From assembly GCF_044704955.1 (NCBI RefSeq), contig NC_091999.1:64976001-65040000 (forward strand): a stretch of DNA of 64,000 bases. The letters are read 5' to 3'. The notes beneath the pieces were generated by a model. It had not been told where the DNA came from and did not search any database. It saw only the letters and a list, made by a program, of their open reading frames with translations. The stretch comes from Pristiophorus japonicus (taxonomy: Eukaryota). Numbering within the stretch: position 1 is the stretch's first letter; every line of letters begins with the position of its first letter. Of this stretch, positions 13,360 through 25,701 are shown piece by piece. The position numbers were made by a program, and so were the translations under genes.

Positions 13360-13810
13360 AAGCCTCGGCACAGTGGGATCACTCTCGCCTCTGACTCAGA
13401 AGGTCAAAGCTACTAAATACCCCTGCAGAGACCTGATCCATAATCTACGCCGACTCGCCCGGTGCCAGTACTGACGCAATGCTGCACGGTCAGAGTTGCC
13501 ATTTTCATGCAGACATTAAACTGAGGCCCATCTTCCCACTCAGTTGGATTTAAAGGACTCATGGCACTATCTTAAAGAGCAGAGGAGTTCTCCAGGGTTT
13601 CCAGCGCAAATACCTATCCCTAAAACAACATTTGAAACATTGATTATCTGATCATTATTTCATTGCTGTTTTCGGGATCTTGCTGTGAACCAATTGTCTG
13701 TCACGTTTTCTACATTAGAACAGTGACCACACTTCCAACGTAATTCATTTGCTGTAAATCACTTTGGGACATCATGAGTTCATGAAAGACGCTATAGAAA
13801 TGCAAGGTGT
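13360..13810 (+). mobile_element. Deu-domain SINE, unit copy B
   Basis: Paralogous to 3880-4315. Confidence 0.8.
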
Positions 13811-14586
13811 TTCGAAATTTCAACATTTCAAAATACAAGTTGCGATATGTGAACACCTCAGATATTACTGTGATTGTCGAACACTCCTCTGGTCACTGCT
13901 TTAAATTGTTTAGTTTCAGTGGGTTAAATCTTCCATGAAATGGAGATCCTGTGGAATACCAACCTGTTCAGAAATGTTCCACTGATTTCAGCAGCTTAAC
14001 TTTCAGAACTGAATTAATCATTTTAGTAGTTATTCCCTTTGATATAAATCACATCGGTTGTAATGGAACAAAACTGATGCCAAAGTTACTGTTCGACATA
14101 TAGATACTTCTGTGTACCCACTGTCAATATTCTTAAAATAAGCCCTTTTTGTTATTTGAGACGAATCAATAAGCGACTCTGTTGTTCTACAGTTGCTGCC
14201 ATGAACATTTCATGGTAACCAGTGAGGCGTTTATGTAAAAAAACACAGAAATAGAGGTCCCAGATTTGAGTATTGAGCGACAGAGACAAAATCGAACTTT
14301 CCCCACCAACACAGCATCGAAATAAAGATAGATAAATGCAAATATCTCAACAGAGTCCAGCAACAATTGTTTTCTGGGACATTTCGCCAAATTATATTAG
14401 AATAACATAAAGATGACCCCACGGACAGAATGTGTAAAGGTTCTTTCTAGTCAGTATAAGGAGCAACATCACATGGATCGTCTCCCTCTCCTATTTCCAT
14501 TTTCTGATCCATCTCTCAAGAAATGTTCATTGTCATTTCCTCACAAATAAATGTCAACATCTCACAAAAGATTTCCCTCAGCCATA

Positions 14587-16289
14587 AACAACCTTACGGA
14601 TATAAAAGGGGTCGGAAAGTCTAGTAAGGAGGAGGAACTGAGGGAAATCCTTATTAGTCGGGAAATTGTGTTGGGGAAATTGATGGGATTGAAGGCCGAC
14701 AAATCCCCAGGGCCTGATGGACTGCATCCCAGAGTACTTAAGGAGGTGGCCTTGGAAATAGTGGACGCGTGACAGTCATTTTCCAACATTCCATTGACTC
14801 TGGATCAGTTCCTATGGAGTGGAGGGTAGCCAATGTAACCCCACTTTTTAAAAAAGGAGGGAGAGAGAAAACAGCGAATTACAGACCGGTCAGCCTGACA
14901 TCAGTAGTGGGTAAAATGATGGAATCAATTATTAAGGATGTCATCGCAGTGCATTTGGAAAGAGGTAATATGATAGGTCCAAGTCAGCATGGATTTGTGA
15001 AAGGGAAATCATGCTTGACAAATCTTCTAGAATTTTCTGAGGATGTTTCCAGTAGAGTGGGCAAGGGAGAACCAGTTGATGTGGTATATTTGGACTTTCA
15101 GAAGTCTTTCGACAAGGTCCCACACAAGAGATTAATGTGCAAAATTAAAGCACATGGGATTGGGGGTAGTGTGCTGACATGGATTGAGAACTGGTTGTCA
15201 GACAGGAAGCAAAGAGTAGGAGTAAATGGGGACTTTTCAGAATGGCAGGCAGTGACTAGTGGGGTACCGCAAGGTTCTGTGCTGGGGCCCCAGCTGTTTA
15301 CACTGTACATTAATGATTTAGATGGGGGGATTAAATGTAGTATCTCCAAATTTCCGGATGACACTAAGTTGGGTGGCAGCGTGAGCTGCAAGGAGGATTC
15401 TATGAGACTGCAGAGCGACTTGGATAGGTTAGGTGAGTGGGCAAATGCATGGCAGATGAAGTATAATGTGGATAAATGTGAGGTTATCCACTTTGGTGGT
15501 AAAAACAGAGAGACAGACTATTATCTGAATGGTGACAGATTTGGAAAAGGGCAGGTGCAAAGAGACCTGGGTGTCATGGTACATCAGTCATTGAAGGTTG
15601 GCATGCAGGTACAGCAGGCGGTTAAGAAAGCAAATGGCACGTTGGCCTTCATAGCGAGGGGATTTGAGTACAAGTGCAGGGAGGTGTTGCTACAATTGTA
15701 CAGGGCCTTGGTGAGGCCACACCTGGAGTATTGTGTACAGTTTTGGTCTCCTAACCTGAGGAAGGACATTCTTGCTATTGAGGGAGTGCAGCGAAGGTTC
15801 ACCAGACTGATTCCCGGGATGGCGGGACTGAACTATCAAGAAAGACTGGATCAACTGGGCTTGTATTCACTGGAGTTCAGAAGAATGAGAGGGGACCTCA
15901 TAGAAACGTTTAAAATTCTGACGGGGTTAGACAGGTTCGATGCAGGAAGAATGTTCCCAATGTTGGGGAAGTCCAGAACCAGGGGACACAGTCTAAGTAT
16001 AAGGGGGAAGCCATTTAGGACCGAGATGAGGAGGAATTTCTTCACCCAGAGAGTGGTGAACCTGTGGAATTCTCTACCACAGAAAGTTGTTGAGGCCAAT
16101 TCACTAAAAATATTCAAAAAGGAGTTAGATGAAGTCCTTACTACTAGGGGAATCAAGGGGTATGGTGAGAAAGCAGGAATTGGGTACTGAAGTTGCATGT
16201 TCAGCCATGAACTCATTGAATGGCGGTGCAGGCTAGAAGTGCCGAATGGCCTACTCCTGCACCTATTTTCTATGTTTCTATGTTTCTAT
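14587..16289 (+). mobile_element. Young 5'-truncated CR1 LINE
   Basis: Near-intact ORF2 C-terminal half, 3' UTR and (tttctatg)n tail. Absent from paralogous unit copies A, C and D. Confidence 0.97.
14769..16190 (+). CDS. CR1 ORF2 reverse transcriptase domain (473 open codons, truncated element)
   Basis: NYRPVSLTS, QHGFVKGKSCLTNL, YLDFQKSFDKVPH, GVPQGSVLGP, FPDD (variant of FADD), [13 protein letters not shown]. Confidence 0.9.
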   Translation: MTVIFQHSIDSGSVPMEWRVANVTPLFKKGGREKTANYRPVSLTSVVGKMMESIIKDVIAVHLERGNMIGPSQHGFVKGKSCLTNLLEFSEDVSSRVGKGEPVDVVYLDFQKSFDKVPHKRLMCKIKAHGIGGSVLTWIENWLSDRKQRVGVNGDFSEWQAVTSGVPQGSVLGPQLFTLYINDLDGGIKCSISKFPDDTKLGGSVSCKEDSMRLQSDLDRLGEWANAWQMKYNVDKCEVIHFGGKNRETDYYLNGDRFGKGQVQRDLGVMVHQSLKVGMQVQQAVKKANGTLAFIARGFEYKCREVLLQLYRALVRPHLEYCVQFWSPNLRKDILAIEGVQRRFTRLIPGMAGLNYQERLDQLGLYSLEFRRMRGDLIETFKILTGLDRFDAGRMFPMLGKSRTRGHSLSIRGKPFRTEMRRNFFTQRVVNLWNSLPQKVVEANSLKIFKKELDEVLTTRGIKGYGEKAGIGY

Positions 16290-16374
16290 AAAGTGGGTAT
16301 GCCTAGGAACAATTTGCTTGGTGTGCACAGTGGCAGTTTTAATCCAAAATGTGACCTGTGCATTAAACGTCATG

Positions 16375-16575
16375 TGAGTTTTTGAAGGGACAATGCAGAG
16401 GGATCTTTACTCTGTATCTAACCCGTGCTGCACCTGCCCTGGGATTGTTTGATGGGACTTTGTAGTGGAGCATTGTTCTGTACTAAACCGTGGTATACCT
16501 ACTCTGGCAGTGTTTGATGGGACACTATAAAGGGAGCTTTACTCTGTATCTGACATTTGCTGTACCTTCCATGGG
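16375..16575 (+). repeat. 67-bp satellite
   Basis: About 3 units of the family seen at 4900. Confidence 0.85.
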
Positions 16576-17299
16576 TGTAGTACAGTAATATAAGAGGTAC
16601 ATAATGCAGTGATACCGATGACAGGGTATAGTCTGAAATAAACAGAGACATGGTCTAGTGCAGTAATGAGAAAAGATGGGGCTAATGTAATATAAGTAAT
16701 ATCCTTGTCTAGTATAATATAAACAGATATAGAGTATTTTGTAATAGGAACAAAGTCATGGAATATTCCAGTAATTTCTGAGACAGTGCCGAGTAGAACA
16801 TTAGTAGTTCTATAAAGAGATATTGTTTTATTGGTCGCTGACATGTGGGTGTCGCTGGCAAGGCCATCATTGATGGTTTATCCATAAGTTGCCTTGAGAA
16901 GCAATTGGTGAGCTGCCACTTTGATCTGCTGCAGACCGTGTGGTGCAGGTACTCGCAAACTGTTAGGAAGGGGGTTTCCATGAATTTGACCAGTGACTAT
17001 GAAGGAAGGTAATAGATTTCAAAGCCATAATGGTATGTGGTTTGGACGGGTACGTGGAGATGATGGTGTTCCCATGAGCCTATTGCCCTTGTTCTTCCAG
17101 GAGGAAGAGGTGATAGGTTTGGAAAGTGCTGTCGAAGATGTCCTGGCAAACAACTGCAATATATATTGTGGATAGTCGTCACTGCAGACATGGGGCGCCG
17201 CTAGTGAAGGGAGTGAATATTTAACATGGTGTGTGGAGTTATATAAACTGGAACAGTGTCTAGTTCAATAACAACTGAGATAGGCTCTGGTGTATTATA

Positions 17300-18336
17300 T
17301 AATCATAGAATGGTTACAGTACAGAAGAGGGCAATTCGGCCCATATCGTCCGTGGCGCTCTCTGCAAGAGTATTTCAGTTAGTCCACTCCTCCCGCCCTT
17401 TCCCGTAGCCTGTGAATTGTCTTCCTTCAATTCCTTATCCAATATCCTTTGGAATGCCATGATTAAATCTTGCTCCACCTCCATTTCAGGCAGTGCATTC
17501 TAGATCCTAACCACTCGATTCATAAATATATTTCCATTATGCAACATTTGGTTCTTCTGTCAATCACATTAAATCTGTGTCCTCTGTTCTCGACCCTTCC
17601 GCCAATGGTAAAAGTTTCTCCCCCGCTAATCTGTTGAAACCCCTTGTGCTTCTGAACACCTACATCAAATCTTAGCTCAAACTTCTCTGCGCTAATGAGA
17701 ACAACCGCAGCTTCTCCAGACTAGACCACATAACCGTAGTACCTTATCCCTGGAAGCACACGTAAATATTGTCTGTACCCTCTCCAAGGCCTTCACATCC
17801 GTCCTACACTGCGCTGCCCAGAATTGGACAGAATAGTCCAGTTGAGGCTTAATCAGTGTTTTATACGGTTTCATCATAATTTCCTTGCATTTGTATTCTA
17901 TGCCTCTATTTATGAAGCCCAGGATCCCATATGTTTTTTAAACGATTTTCTCAACCTGCCCTGCTACATTCAATGATTTATGCACGTATATCCTGAGGTC
18001 TCTGTGTTCATCACACACATTGGAATTGTACCCTTTAGTTTATTTTGCCTCTCCTCGTTCTTCCTCACAAAATGTACCACTTCACACTTTTCTGTGTTTC
18101 ATTTGCAATGTCTCCGTTTATTCCACCAGCATGTCTATGTTCTCTTGAAGTCGATAACTATCCACCTCACTGTTCACCATACGTCCAAGCTTTGAGTCAT
18201 CTGAAAATATTGAAATTGTGCCCTTACACCCGAATCTAAGTCATGAATATAAATCAGGAAAAACAGTGTTCCGAGCACCAACTGCTGCAGAACACCACTG
18301 TGTACCTTCCTCCAGTACAAAAAAACACTACTCTCT
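17300..18336 (-). mobile_element. CR1 fragment (unit copy B), split by the ERV and continuing at 24260-24380
   Basis: Paralogous to 5965-7100. YKTLIKPQLDYSVQFWAA. Confidence 0.88.
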
Positions 18337-18911
18337 TGTAAGGGAAATAAATTCCACACCGAGTCCGAGAACAGTGACGGAAACGCCACAGTTTATTCAT
18401 ACAGAGCGCTCTGGGAGAAGTGGGGAAACTCCGCAGCTTCGCCACACCTTCTCTTCGAGCAAAGGTTTCAAGTTACAATTACACCTTTGGGGGCGGTCCT
18501 GCCCCCTTACACCACTGTCCAATTATCTCACATTTTTGTAACGTCGTACCCTATATGGTAATGCTATGAAAATAAATCTATCTTTACATTGTGGTAAGTC
18601 AAAGGTTAACGAGCATACGCACACACAAGTGCGTTAGTTCCCCGCATCAGCAGGAAAACAAGGAACTATCTTGCTGTTATTAGTACAAGCGATATACATC
18701 TGTTTGCCTCTCCAACCGCCCATTTTCTTACTTGTCCTATCTCCATGACTCAGGGTCAAGTACTTTGGAGACTACACATACTTTCTGCTTAAGTATACAT
18801 TTCTTACTTGACCACTCTCCCTGTCCCATAATTGATCAGAGAAAGACAGGGGAGCTGGCTACACGTTATAAAAGTTACAAAGATTATAGGTTAAGAAATG
18901 TTTCTCCAACA
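18337..18911 (-). repeat. ERV 3' LTR
   Basis: tgtaagggaaataaattcc...tttctccaaca, a direct repeat of 23710-24259, roughly 10% diverged by eye. Confidence 0.93.
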
Positions 18912-20364
18912 GTCCCTCCTTTTGATCTTTTCCCATCTCATGCGGATAAGAACAATCCAATCCTTGATTCGGACTGTCTCGTCGTATTGTGCCAGGATTC
19001 TTGGGCGAGCCTGGAGTTGGTGGTACTGCTGAAAATGGATGAGCAGCTTCTGATATATAGCGGGTGGAAGTTGGATTGTTCTATCGTTGATGCTGGTCCC
19101 GGCAGCTGTGGGTATCGCGGTACACAACTTGGACATACATATCTTAATTATCATTCCCGCAAGGTACAAGGCCAGGCGTATGCCCACAATCAAAGTCAGC
19201 CGCTGTACAATATTTGTCCCAACGTAGACATCCATCCCCCCAGCCAGCCAACTTCAGCATTCGGGTGGTTAGTTTCCTCACTTCTATCCTTATATGGTCG
19301 GCTAGGTTGGTTATATCCTCCGAATTGTCGGGTATATAAATGCAACATTCGGCCTCAATCAATGCGCAAGTGCCTCCGGTCTGGGCCAATATGTAATCTA
19401 GGGCGATTCGGTTCTGAAGTACGGTAGTACCTATGGCTACCATTTCAGCTGTTATGCTCTCCATCTTCTCGGCAGTGTCGTTAGCTATTTGTTCCAGAAC
19501 CCTCTCTACGTTTCTTAGGTCATCCGTGGTGCGCCCTATCCCGTATGGGAATATTAAAACTCCACAGACTCTTTCCAAACGGGATAATCGATCGTCTTCA
19601 CCGACCTGGTGTACGCACCTCTGTCAGGGTACATACCTGTCTGACAAAGGGGAACACATATCACAAATAACAGGAACCTCTCCATCGCCTGGGTAACCAG
19701 AGATATGCCCTATGCACGCACACAAAATACGTGCCATTATACTCAGCCATTTCATATATTGTGTCGGGGTCCCAAGACTGGGCCCACATACCTCCACCTG
19801 TTTTATTCGGAAGGTGTGAGAGGATAGTGACCTGTGCGCCTGTTGTGATATTGAGGTTGTGTGGGCAATCATTGTACCCTATGATATGTCCCTTTCTGCT
19901 GGTGTCGTTTTGAGTTAATCATATGGTCCCGTTTGGCCTCCGGATCCCCGAGGTATTGGTCAGGATTAGAATGGGGGCTCCCTTTTATGGTCATAGGGTG
20001 GTTGGTACCATCGCTGGAACGTTTGTCTAATGGGTATCTAGCACTCTCACACTCGGTGACGTTCCCGTGAGTGTCCACACGGTAGCGATATGATGGTCCT
20101 CCTCCCATCCGTGCCATTGTGGCTCAGAAGCCACTTGACTTTCTCAGTTAGGGCCAATGGAACGGGGCGCAAAGGAATTCCCTCCTGGGAACGGATAGGG
20201 ATATGTGAGCACACCCAGCAACTAGAAAAGTTCCCATTTCGCACATAAACATAGGACATATGCAAAAAGGTGTTTACATGGAGCTCTCGCTTCCATCGCA
20301 CATCCCACGCGCCGCACTTGACGTACACCAATGCAACTATACAGACTGTGGCACACAGTTTTAT
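18891..20364 (-). pseudogene. env: ERV envelope, frameshifted
   Basis: Signal-like IKLCATVCIVALVY, CWVC motif, degraded furin site R*RR at ~19595, ISU LQNRIALDYILA, CX6CC (CALIEAECC) and a hydrophobic TM segment. Confidence 0.92.
18912..18923 (-). promoter_or_regulatory. ERV polypurine tract
   Basis: AAAAGGAGGGAC on the minus strand, directly before the 3' LTR. Confidence 0.85.
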
Positions 20365-20489
20365 CTGATCATTTTATATTAACAGCTAGTCAAAGGCAAA
20401 ATTGCCGTATATGTTGCTTGTCATGTCTCTATTGACCTGTGGGCGAATCAAAGAATGGTGGATAATACAGGCATTAGTTTTTCGGCACG

Positions 20490-21560
20490 ATATCCTTCAG
20501 CTGGGTTCTAAATTTCCATTGTCCTTTTCCCCTAATATCAAAACAGGCGCATGTATCTCCACTAATCATAAACTCGAACGGCCCTATCCACTTCCGGGCG
20601 AACCCGGGTTTTCCTGGGAGAACCTTCACCATCACGCGCGTTCCGGCTTGAGGTATGTCCGGGAATGCAGCGGACTCCAGTTTTTTTTTTATCGCATTGA
20701 GCCTGCCTTTCTCTGGTTTGCTTTCACATTTCCTGGAGACTATTACTCATCTCCAATATATATATCTCAGAATGCTATCCCTTAGGGTTTCTACATCCGC
20801 TCCTCCCATAAAGGTTCCTTCTGGGAGTTGCATCGCCCTTCCCATCATTAACTCATAAGGGGATAAGCCCGTTGTTCGATTAGGGACCGCCCTTAGTTTC
20901 ATCAAAATGATGGGTAACACATCAACCCATGTTGTCCCAGTTTCTCGGATTTCCTTTGCGATCATTATCTTAACGGTTTGATTCATCCGTTCTACCATTC
21001 CTGAACTTTGGGGATGTTATGGTATGTGAAATTTCTGTTTTATTCCCATTAGTTGACATACGACCTTTATTACATTCCCCGTGAAGTGGGTGGTTTGGTC
21101 CGAGTCCATTTGCAACGGCACCCCCCCCCCCCCCCATCTAGGGATTATTTCTTCAGCCAGAATTCGAGCTACGGCTATACAGTTCCTTGTTGCGTAAGCT
21201 TCCACCCATCGGGTGAACAGGCCTATTACCACTAAGCAATGTCGTTCTCCCCCGTGAGTCGGGCAGTGGCCCTGTAAAATCTATTTGTATGTTTTCCCAT
21301 GGGCCTTGGGGCCTTGATTGGTGCCCCATTCATATCTTAATTGGCTTACCGGAATTATGTTGTTAACACATTTTCAGCGCTGACACTGTTTGGCTATATC
21401 CCGCCCCATTCCGAACCACCACCAATCTTCTCGTGAGCAGCTCCATCATGAATCCCCTGCCTGTATCGGCTACTCCATGGTATAGTTCCAGTAATGTCTG
21501 CTTAATGCAGTTTGAGGCTGTGAATTTTCCATCCTTTCTCCACTGGTGCGGTTTCACTAC
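20490..21560 (-). pseudogene. pol: ERV integrase, frameshifted
   Basis: LFTRWVEAY, EIIPRWG..VPLQMDSDQTTHFTG, VERMNQTVK, GLSPYELMMGR and C-terminal KWIGPF. Confidence 0.92.
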
Positions 21561-21809
21561 CCCCAGGAGGCCTTCTGCCGCGATTTATCCTGTGTTCCTC
21601 ATGTTCGGGCCCTCGGACGTTAACTGGCGTCATGTCAACGAGGCCCGCGTCCTGCTTTGTTTTGGCCCATACCGGCTCTGGGGCCTCGTATATCACCCTG
21701 TCTACCCCCGACTCTTATCCCTTATCCCGGTCCTGTGGTTTAGCACAGCCCATTTTCGCAATGTTTCGTAAGGGCGCGGAGTACATGTTTTTATGTCCGT
21801 CTGCTTATG

Positions 21810-21960
21810 GCCAGATTATTTTCTTAAGCTCGTCGTCTATTAATAGTTTAATTCCCTTATTAAGTCTGTTCCTCGAATAATGTTTTCATTATTTGTATCA
21901 GGCGAGTATTATTACTTGGGCTGTTTCTGTCTCATTTTATTCTGACTATCCCACGATTTC
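21810..21960 (-). pseudogene. ERV protease C-terminal remnant
   Basis: NIIRGTDLIREL / KLLID resembles the ILGxD motif of retroviral aspartic proteases. Confidence 0.5.
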
Positions 21961-23687
21961 CTTTATCTGTCAGGTGAGTCATTATTCTATTAAGAAATCC
22001 AAACGAATAATGTCCAATATAAAACAGTTGTCAATGGAAAGGGTTAAGTTCTTTACAGGTTTGTAAGAAGGCCTGATGTCATTACATGACTTCACATAAT
22101 CATCCGAATTTCGTTTTTTTTGTAAGCCTCTGTGCTTCAAAAACTTGCTTAGAAATTAAGAATCTATTAAAACAACAGAAATCATTGGTAAAGTAGTCAT
22201 AATAGAAGTCTTCTCATCAGGACAGACAGCATTTTAGATTAAACTTAAATTTTTTCCTTAACTTCTAATTCAAGTACTTGCCAAAGATTTTTAAAAATTG
22301 ATTTAACACGATACCACAAATTTTTAATAGCTATTTTGTTTACTGAACTCCAATTTTCACACAAGCTGTATACATTCCAACATTTCCAATACGAATTTTA
22401 AAATCAGTAAGATTTTCTAATTCCCAATTTTTCTTTCTGTGCTGAGTTCGCATAGCTTCGAACTCTTCTCGTTATTTTCAAAACCTTTCTGCTTGTTTAG
22501 GCTGTTCGGGACTTTTCTTTATGAACACGTCTATTCTGGAAATCTTTTCAAATTGCAATGAAACTTTCTCGTAATTTAAAATCATTTTCAATGGAGAGTG
22601 TCTTTTACCTCCTCCAAAAATCTTTTCAATTAAATCAATATCTTTTTTTCCACTAGTATTCAACTTTTTTTCCACTAGTATTTAGTAAGTTATGTCGGCT
22701 TTTTTTTTGATCTCCTTTCTTCAAATTAAGTTTTGGTATTTTACACAGATGGCTCGTCTCTCTGTAACTTCGTTAATTCAGACAATCAAAGACACTTTTT
22801 CTTTCAATTTCGTTCAATTTGTTTTCTTTCAAGGCTGCATCTTTATCCTTTCTTTTCATAACTAGAACGGAGTCTAACACGTAGGCTTTGAGGGCTGCTT
22901 TTCGTCCTCTCAAATGTCCCTGTTTTTCTTTCTGTTTCTGCGACTCCCACCACTCCCGATGTTCGTGTACCTTTTTGCCGGGTCCCAACCCTCCTTTTGC
23001 ATTCTGTCTATCAATCCCTTTTGGACGACGAGGTACAGTCTGGTCAGGGACCCCGGGGAGCCCCACTCCGTTCCTTACCGGACTTGGCAGTCTTTCCTGT
23101 CGCTGTCTTACTACTGTCAGCGGTCTGTTCAGGACTTGCAGTCTCTATCGTCAGATGTGTTTCAACACACTAGCAATTCGTTAAAAATGGTGCCTCCACA
23201 ACCCAATACAATCTTTTCCAGCTGCACCCCAACTTACTACAACCACATTAATTGTTCTACACACGACCCCCAATGTCCCGACCTGTGTGACTCAAAGTCG
23301 CAACGAGATTAGTCCCTACTTCACTCACTGTTCCACTTTTTGTCACCACTTTGTCCTCTCCATGTTCCCTTCGACCTTAATCTTTGGCTTTCACGTGGGG
23401 CATTCGCCCTCTTAATTCCGGCTCAAGTTAGGTGACTGAGATAGTTTGTGACAATCGAGGTGGTGGGGAATACTCGTTCTTTCACACACACACACACCAC
23501 TCATACCATGCTAGCTTAGACTCGAACCCGCAACTCAACTGTGGTTTTTCTCACCGTTCACCGACATTTTGTTCTTTGGTGAATCGGGGCTCAGGAGTCG
23601 CCCTTTCCCAGGGCTCAAGTGACTGGACGGGAAACCTTGACTGCTCATCCCTCTCCACCAGCTTGGCGACCCGAAGCGACCATATTC

Positions 23688-23705
23688 ACTCTGCTCGCAG
23701 CACCA
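23688..23705 (-). promoter_or_regulatory. ERV primer binding site, tRNA-Ser-like
   Basis: TGGTGCTGCGAGCAG begins 4 nt after the 5' LTR and is similar to the complement of a tRNA-Ser 3' end (TGGCGCTGTGAGCAG). Confidence 0.7.
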
Positions 23706-23709
23706 AATC

Positions 23710-24259
23710 TGTAAGGGAAATAAATTCCAAACCGAGTCCGAGAAAAGTGAGGGAAACATCACAGTTTATTCGTACAGAGCGCTCTGGGAGATGTGGGGAA
23801 ACGCCTCAGCTTCGCCACACCTTCTCTCCGAACGAAGTTTTCAAGTTACAATTATATCTTTGGGGGCCGTCCTGCCCCCTTACACCATTGTCCAATTATC
23901 TCACATTTTTGTAACGTCTTACCCTATATGGTAATGCTATTGCAATCTATCTTTACATTATGGTAAGTCAAAGGTTAACTAGCATACGCACACACAAGTG
24001 AGGTTAGTTCCCTGCATCAGCAGAAAAACAAGGAACTATCATCCTGTTATTAGTATAAGCGCTATACATCTGTTTGCCTCTCCAAACCGCCCATTGTCTT
24101 ACTTCCCCTATCTCCATGACTCAGGGTCAACGGACATTGGAGACAACACATGCCTTCTGCTCAAGTACATATTTCTTACTTGACCACTCTCCCTGTACCA
24201 TAATTGATCAGAGAAAGACAGTGTTACACAGGTTATAATTAAGACATTTTTCTCCAACA
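23710..24259 (-). repeat. ERV 5' LTR
   Basis: Direct repeat of 18337-18911 with TG...CA termini. Confidence 0.93.
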
Positions 24260-24819
24260 CTCAGCAAATTTCATATCCAGGCTGCCACTGTCCCTTTTAT
24301 TTTGTGGGCTTCAACTTTGCAGGCAAAGATATTATCAAGGCACTTTATCAAACAGCTTTTGGAAGTCCACCACATCAACGCTTTTAACTGAGCCTGGGTC
24401 AAGTGGAGTAAAAGCCGCGACGGGGTCTGGTGTAATGTGAGAAACAATACGTCAGGTAATTACAGATTTATTAAACTCATGCCAGGAACAAGTACACTTT
24501 CATGTTTACCATCATTTACTCTAATCCTCACAGAGTCGAGGTGTATACCAGGGGTTCTGTGTGGTGGTGAGGCGATCACTGGACAATAAATAGCAGGGAC
24601 TGGTGGCTGGCTGCTCAGTATTCTCGGTGTGATTTAATCCCCTTTCCTACTGAATACTGCGAACAGACATTGTCACCTTGGTAACGGAATGGTCAGTGTG
24701 ACATCACTTTCAAAATCAGAGCATGCAAGATAATGTGTTATCAATAAATGGTAAAGGTATTAAACGATCGCCAATTAGGTCCGGAATAAAATACAATGCA
24801 AAAAATAATGGTTGAAGCT

Positions 24820-25445
24820 AATAGAAACGTAGAAACATAGAAGTAGGCCATTCGGCCGTTCGAGACTGCACCTCCATTCAAGAAGTTCATGACTGATCAT
24901 TCACTTCCGTACCCCTTTTCTGCTTTCTCTCCATACCCCTTGATCCCTTTAGCAGTAGGGGCCATATCTAACTCCCGCTTGAATATATCCAATGAACTGC
25001 CGGTAGGGAATTCCACAGGTTAACAACACTATGAGTGAACAAGTTTCTCTTCTTCTCAGTCCTAAATGCCTTACCACTTATCCTTAGACTATGCCCCCTG
25101 GTTCTGGACTTCCCCAATATCGGGAACATTCTTCTTGCATCTAACCTGTGCAGTCCCGTCTGAATTTTATATGTTTCTATGCGATCCTTTCTCATCCTTC
25201 TAACCTCCAGTGAATACTGGCTCAGTCGATCCAGTCTCTCCTCATATGTCCTTCCTGCCATCCCGGGAATCAGTGTCGTGAACCTTCGCTGCACTCCCTC
25301 AATAGCAAGAAAGTCCTTCCTCAGATTAGTAGATCAAAAATGAACAGAATATTCCAGGTGAGGCCTCACTAAGGACCTGTACAACTGATTTAAGACCTCC
25401 CTGCTTCTAATTTCACATCCGCTAGCTATGAACACCTACATACCA
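24820..25445 (-). mobile_element. CR1 3' end fragment
   Basis: QRRFTTLIPGMAG...VVNLWNSLP and an (atagaaac)n tail. Present only in copy B. Confidence 0.92.
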
Positions 25446-25562
25446 TTAATCATTTATGCAGTTGCACACATTATGATTTGCACACACACACATACATATG
25501 CACATGCACGCACACACACAGGTAACACACATACACAGATACATACACACAAACAACACATA

Positions 25563-25701
25563 NNNNNNNNNNNNNNNNNNNNNNNNNNNNNNNNNNNNNN
25601 NNNNNNNNNNNNNNNNNNNNNNNNNNNNNNNNNNNNNNNNNNNNNNNNNNNNNNNNNNNNNNNNNNNNNNNNNNNNNNNNNNNNNNNNNNNNNNNNNNNN
25701 N
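25563..25701. other. Assembly gap (N run) beside a (CA)n microsatellite
   Basis: N characters. Confidence 1.

Larger units (their letters stand above)
18337..24259 (-). mobile_element. Endogenous retrovirus (class I-like, gamma-type env), defective, ~5.9 kb
   Basis: Two TG...CA LTRs, a PBS, a PPT, and integrase and env remnants. Confidence 0.95.

Noticed and set aside
18732-19427. 231-aa plus-strand ORF
   Set aside because: It is antisense to env and the LTR and has no recognisable domain.
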